Source: Tubiluchus corallicola | Taxonomy: Eukaryota; Animalia; Priapulida | DNA: 64,000 nucleotides | Direction of reading: 5' to 3' | NCBI GenBank assembly: GCA_030141605.1 | Contig: JAQGDQ010000022.1 | Coordinates: forward strand, 496,001 to 560,000 | Made by a program: the position numbers and the translations under genes | The notes under the pieces: generated by a model | Told to the model about the DNA's origin: nothing | The model's database searches: none | Seen by the model: the letters and a program-made list of their open reading frames with translations, nothing else | In this document: one piece after another, positions 60,701 to 64,000 of the stretch | Position numbering within the stretch: position 1 is the stretch's first letter | Layout of the letters: each line of letters opens with the position of its first letter

Positions 60701-62320
60701 TATATATTGCGTATAGTGCTTAAAACAGATATTTGCGCTGACTGCTGAGGTATAGATACAGTATTAATCGCCTACTTTCGCATTGTTTGTGGACATTGTT
60801 ATTATCTACAATTTTTTCTATCGTGCAATGCACATTTTCAAGTTCCTTAAACTCTGATATTTTATTTACACGTTATTAGGTTGTTTTTAATTTAACAGTA
60901 AATTTTCAGTAAGTATTTAAATGCTTTTTTTACCATTCCAATCTGCAATTTCCGTGCTTTCAGCAATAACCTAAGCAAGCATTTCCTATTACAAGTATCA
61001 GACTAAAAATGTAGAATTTACTGCCCTATTTACTACCGGCGGATTGCAGGTGTTACTGGAATTGATGCTCTAAGTTGGAAAGGCACTAGCAAGCTCCAGC
61101 GTTCATTGAGTTTTTATACAGATCATTGTTTCTGTTTAATGGTGTGATGATTTCACTTTGATCTGTCTAATAATTTGTTGCTTAACAACTCTTTATTTTC
61201 TTTGCAAGCAGTGGTTTAGATTTGGCGTGTTTTTATGCATAACTTATGCAAAATAACTTCAGCGCACGAGTTCAGCATGCGCCACAGCAAGCTTGAATGT
61301 AAACTTCATGTGAAGAAGCAAAGCTAGACGGGAGTTCAGATTCAGTGCAGATCTTATCGATCCGTTGTCAGCTGTTTTCTGTGCATCTTTCTGTCTCACG
61401 TTTTCGACATGATTTCTACTAGTTCTAACCAACCTACCGTCTAGGGTCTGCCATATGTGACCCACATCATTCCTTCAGACTGTTTTCTTGCCAAGTTTTT
61501 CATGCGAATACTTGCGTAACAGTTGCCGCAAAGATGTACACAACACATTTTGTTTATGTTGTGGGAGTAATGTTTATTTGCTGTTTCGAGTTGCGCAGTG
61601 GTTGCCGTACGTGCGACTCGCCTCATTAATGTCAGATTGTCAGGTACATTTGCTTTACGGTAGGAGTCTTCATCGATGAGAGAATTTGCACGCGTATCAT
61701 TATTGTTATACATACTGAATAAACGTTATTCTGGAATCGTCATCATATTGTTCTTATCCTTTTACGCGAGTCTTCGATACTAAAGTTTTATGTTATTTCG
61801 ACGTAGAACTTGAGCTTTCTCATTGTGCATACCTCTGTCTCTGCGAAGTGTGAACTCTTTCGCCAAAGCCACGGGCGATCCTAATAATATTGAATTGTTT
61901 ATCGCAAAGGGTCATCGACTTTCTGCGCCCTGTTATTGGTAACTAAAGGTATTGCTCGTTGCTCGAACGTTAAATTGCCGTGTAACAATTGATGTACAGC
62001 CTACATACTATTATAGTTTCATCCTGTCATGTCTATGTGTTTATCTTACATCAACTAAGTATAAGTTCATCATCACTGATTGTTGAGCTGCATTCTGTGG
62101 TGGCTAGCTAGAGTACTTACACTAACTGTTGCAGCCAGCTGATCTATATGTAATGTTTGTTGCTTGGCAACTGCCATAAGATGAAGCCTTGGCTGTGTCA
62201 ATAATGTTATTATTTATGTATTCATACTTTATAAACAGTCAATAATGAAATGGCAATTGAGTCGTGTTTGTGTACCATGGATTAATCTTTGTTGTCTGAT
62301 TGCGGTTTAATTTATTACAG

Positions 62321-62513
62321 ATGAGACAGGAAAACTCGTCACATATGCATACAGGTATACCAGATTACTCATTATGGGCAAAGAAAGGGATACCGTCTCC
62401 GAAGACGGGACGCCATGTATCTGTAAGCTCCAACCGCCATAGCAAGGACTATGCGGATGCAGGATTTGGAGACTTTGAAACAGAGATTGATCAGGACATT
62501 GCGGGAATAAACG
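62321..62513 (+). CDS. Exon of unidentified gene 3
   Basis: ttattacAG|ATG acceptor, open hydrophilic GC-richer frame (MRQENSSH...DFETEIDQDIAGIN), donor ACG|GTACTG, phase 1. Confidence 0.75.
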
Positions 62514-62814
62514 GTACTGTCTTACAGTGTGCTATTTTTGTCTATTTGTACTAAGTCTCACTTCAACTTGTTTTTGAGAAGCAGTCTGTTATAGTTAGGC
62601 AACACTGGCATCGTAAACTGGATAGATAGTTTGGATAATGGGTAACATAAGTAAATGTGCACAAACTGCATAACGGGTTGGCAAATATATTGGCACTGCT
62701 GACTGCAATCTTATTTAACTTCGTATTGAAAGGCCAAAACATTACGTCATTGTTTCACTGTGCGAAATCATTATAATTGTATAGTTTAGAGCTGAATATT
62801 TCCGAAGGAAAGGG

Positions 62815-62915
62815 GAATAGCTATCAATGTGTCGTTAGCTGTGACTGTTAAGCAGAGCCGAACCTGGTTAGTAAGTGGATGGATGACCCACGGGAAAACT
62901 GCTTCAAGGCTGTTT
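62815..62915 (+). mobile_element. 5S rRNA-related SINE head fragment
   Basis: GTTAAGCAGAGCCGAACCTGGTTAGTAAGTGGATGGATGACC resembles 5S GCTAAGCAGGGTCGGGCCTGGTTAGTACTTGGATGGGAGACC; the 5' half of 5S is absent. Confidence 0.55.
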
Positions 62916-63919
62916 CATTTGAAGTGCTTTTCTCATGGATCATTCCATTGTGTCCCTGGTTATTTCTCTCATTAAGGACGATATATACACAACGTAAGGT
63001 AATTATCTCTGTCAGTTCAATGTCTCATTTTAGAGGATTGTCTTTGGTAAATGATAATGAGCTAGATTTCAGTCCTGCTACAGCCATTACTGTTAATTTT
63101 TGTTGTATAGTGCCATTTTAATAATCTGAGAAATACAGCTATTTTAATGCCTGTCAAATTATTAACAATTTTGTGAATCAGTTTAGGATTAGAGCAGAAT
63201 ATATTTACTACTTGAGTAGTACACTTGATAAATAACATTGGCAATTTATGCAAGGCGGCTGCAATTTCATTATTCTACATTATTTGAAAACATTTTATTT
63301 TTAATTATCTTCCCAGAATCGCTGAAGCCAAGCACTTCGTCTTAAATCTGCCTATTCCTGTACTCGTTTATGGCCATTTTAACGATTTGGCGTTTTTCAC
63401 GAGGCACTTCCTCTCATAGATAAGGAAAGAGTAACTCAAAGAGTTAATTTTCCCCCGTGCAACGACCCTGTTTTTTCCTCATTCTCTATGCGTTTCGGTC
63501 TTTGTCACGTCAGGCTGTACATAGCCATTTGCCATGAAGACAATGACTCATTAACTTGATACGATTTTGGAGAAAATCGCGTTTCCATTAGTGGTGTGAT
63601 TTTATTTCCGAGACTCATAATTTCTTGTTTTGAAATGCGCACATTAATTATTTATAATGAAATCAGGAATGGATGGTTGGTCGTGCTGATAGTGAATTAT
63701 TGCGGAGTTTAGTGGTGCTATGATCTCGTTGAATCAAAATTATTGTATAGAGGCTAATAGAGCGCATGCTTGAAGACAGAGAAACAATTAAGTTTTTTGC
63801 TGTGTAGTAGTTATTACTATAAATTAAAATGTGAACTTGTGTCACTAGCGGTCGTATTTTGACATCTTTGAGCAGAAGGACATTCATTGTTTTTTACGAT
63901 TTTTATATATTTTTTACAG

Positions 63920-64000
63920 GTTACACATTAAACGGGAGTGATATGGTGTCAAAGTTGATTGAAGAGCCAGGATTTGATTTGCGAGTAGGAAGCTCACTCC
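63920..64000 (+). CDS. Next exon of gene 3 (runs off the window)
   Basis: tttttttacAG acceptor; phase 1 joins the 62513 donor in an open frame: GYTLNGSDMVSKLIEEPGFDLRVGSSL. Confidence 0.75.

Noticed and set aside
62815-62915. 5S rRNA gene
   Set aside because: Only a diverged ~45-nt internal segment; no full 120-nt gene.

Overview
AT-rich, intron- and transposon-rich eukaryotic DNA, most likely from an invertebrate animal (taxon not determinable from sequence). Most short ORFs in the track are spurious or transposon debris. Three + strand host genes are supported. (1) A TTC24-like TPR protein (5840-7762) encoded by one coding exon and ending in a polybasic + CaaX tail; 3.2 kb downstream lies a second acceptor-led exon (11008-11364) carrying a diverged paralogous copy of the same 63-aa prenylation tail. 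(2) A complete TUT1/Star-PAP gene (U6 terminal uridylyltransferase) assembled by hand from 14 phase-consistent GT-AG coding exons (23477-45723, 881 aa); its C-terminal region contains a 27-aa tandem repeat. (3) The 5' part of an unidentified gene (candidate exons 48235-48342, 62321-62513, 63920-window end). The rest is LINE fragments (CR1, L2, RTE, Rex1/Babar, Penelope), hAT- and Tigger-like MITEs, Helentron/DINE-like elements, 5S-like SINE remnants and microsatellites. No CRISPR array, tRNA or rRNA gene was seen. The most interesting observation is the duplicated CaaX terminal exon. Family assignments are from motif recognition, not database searches.
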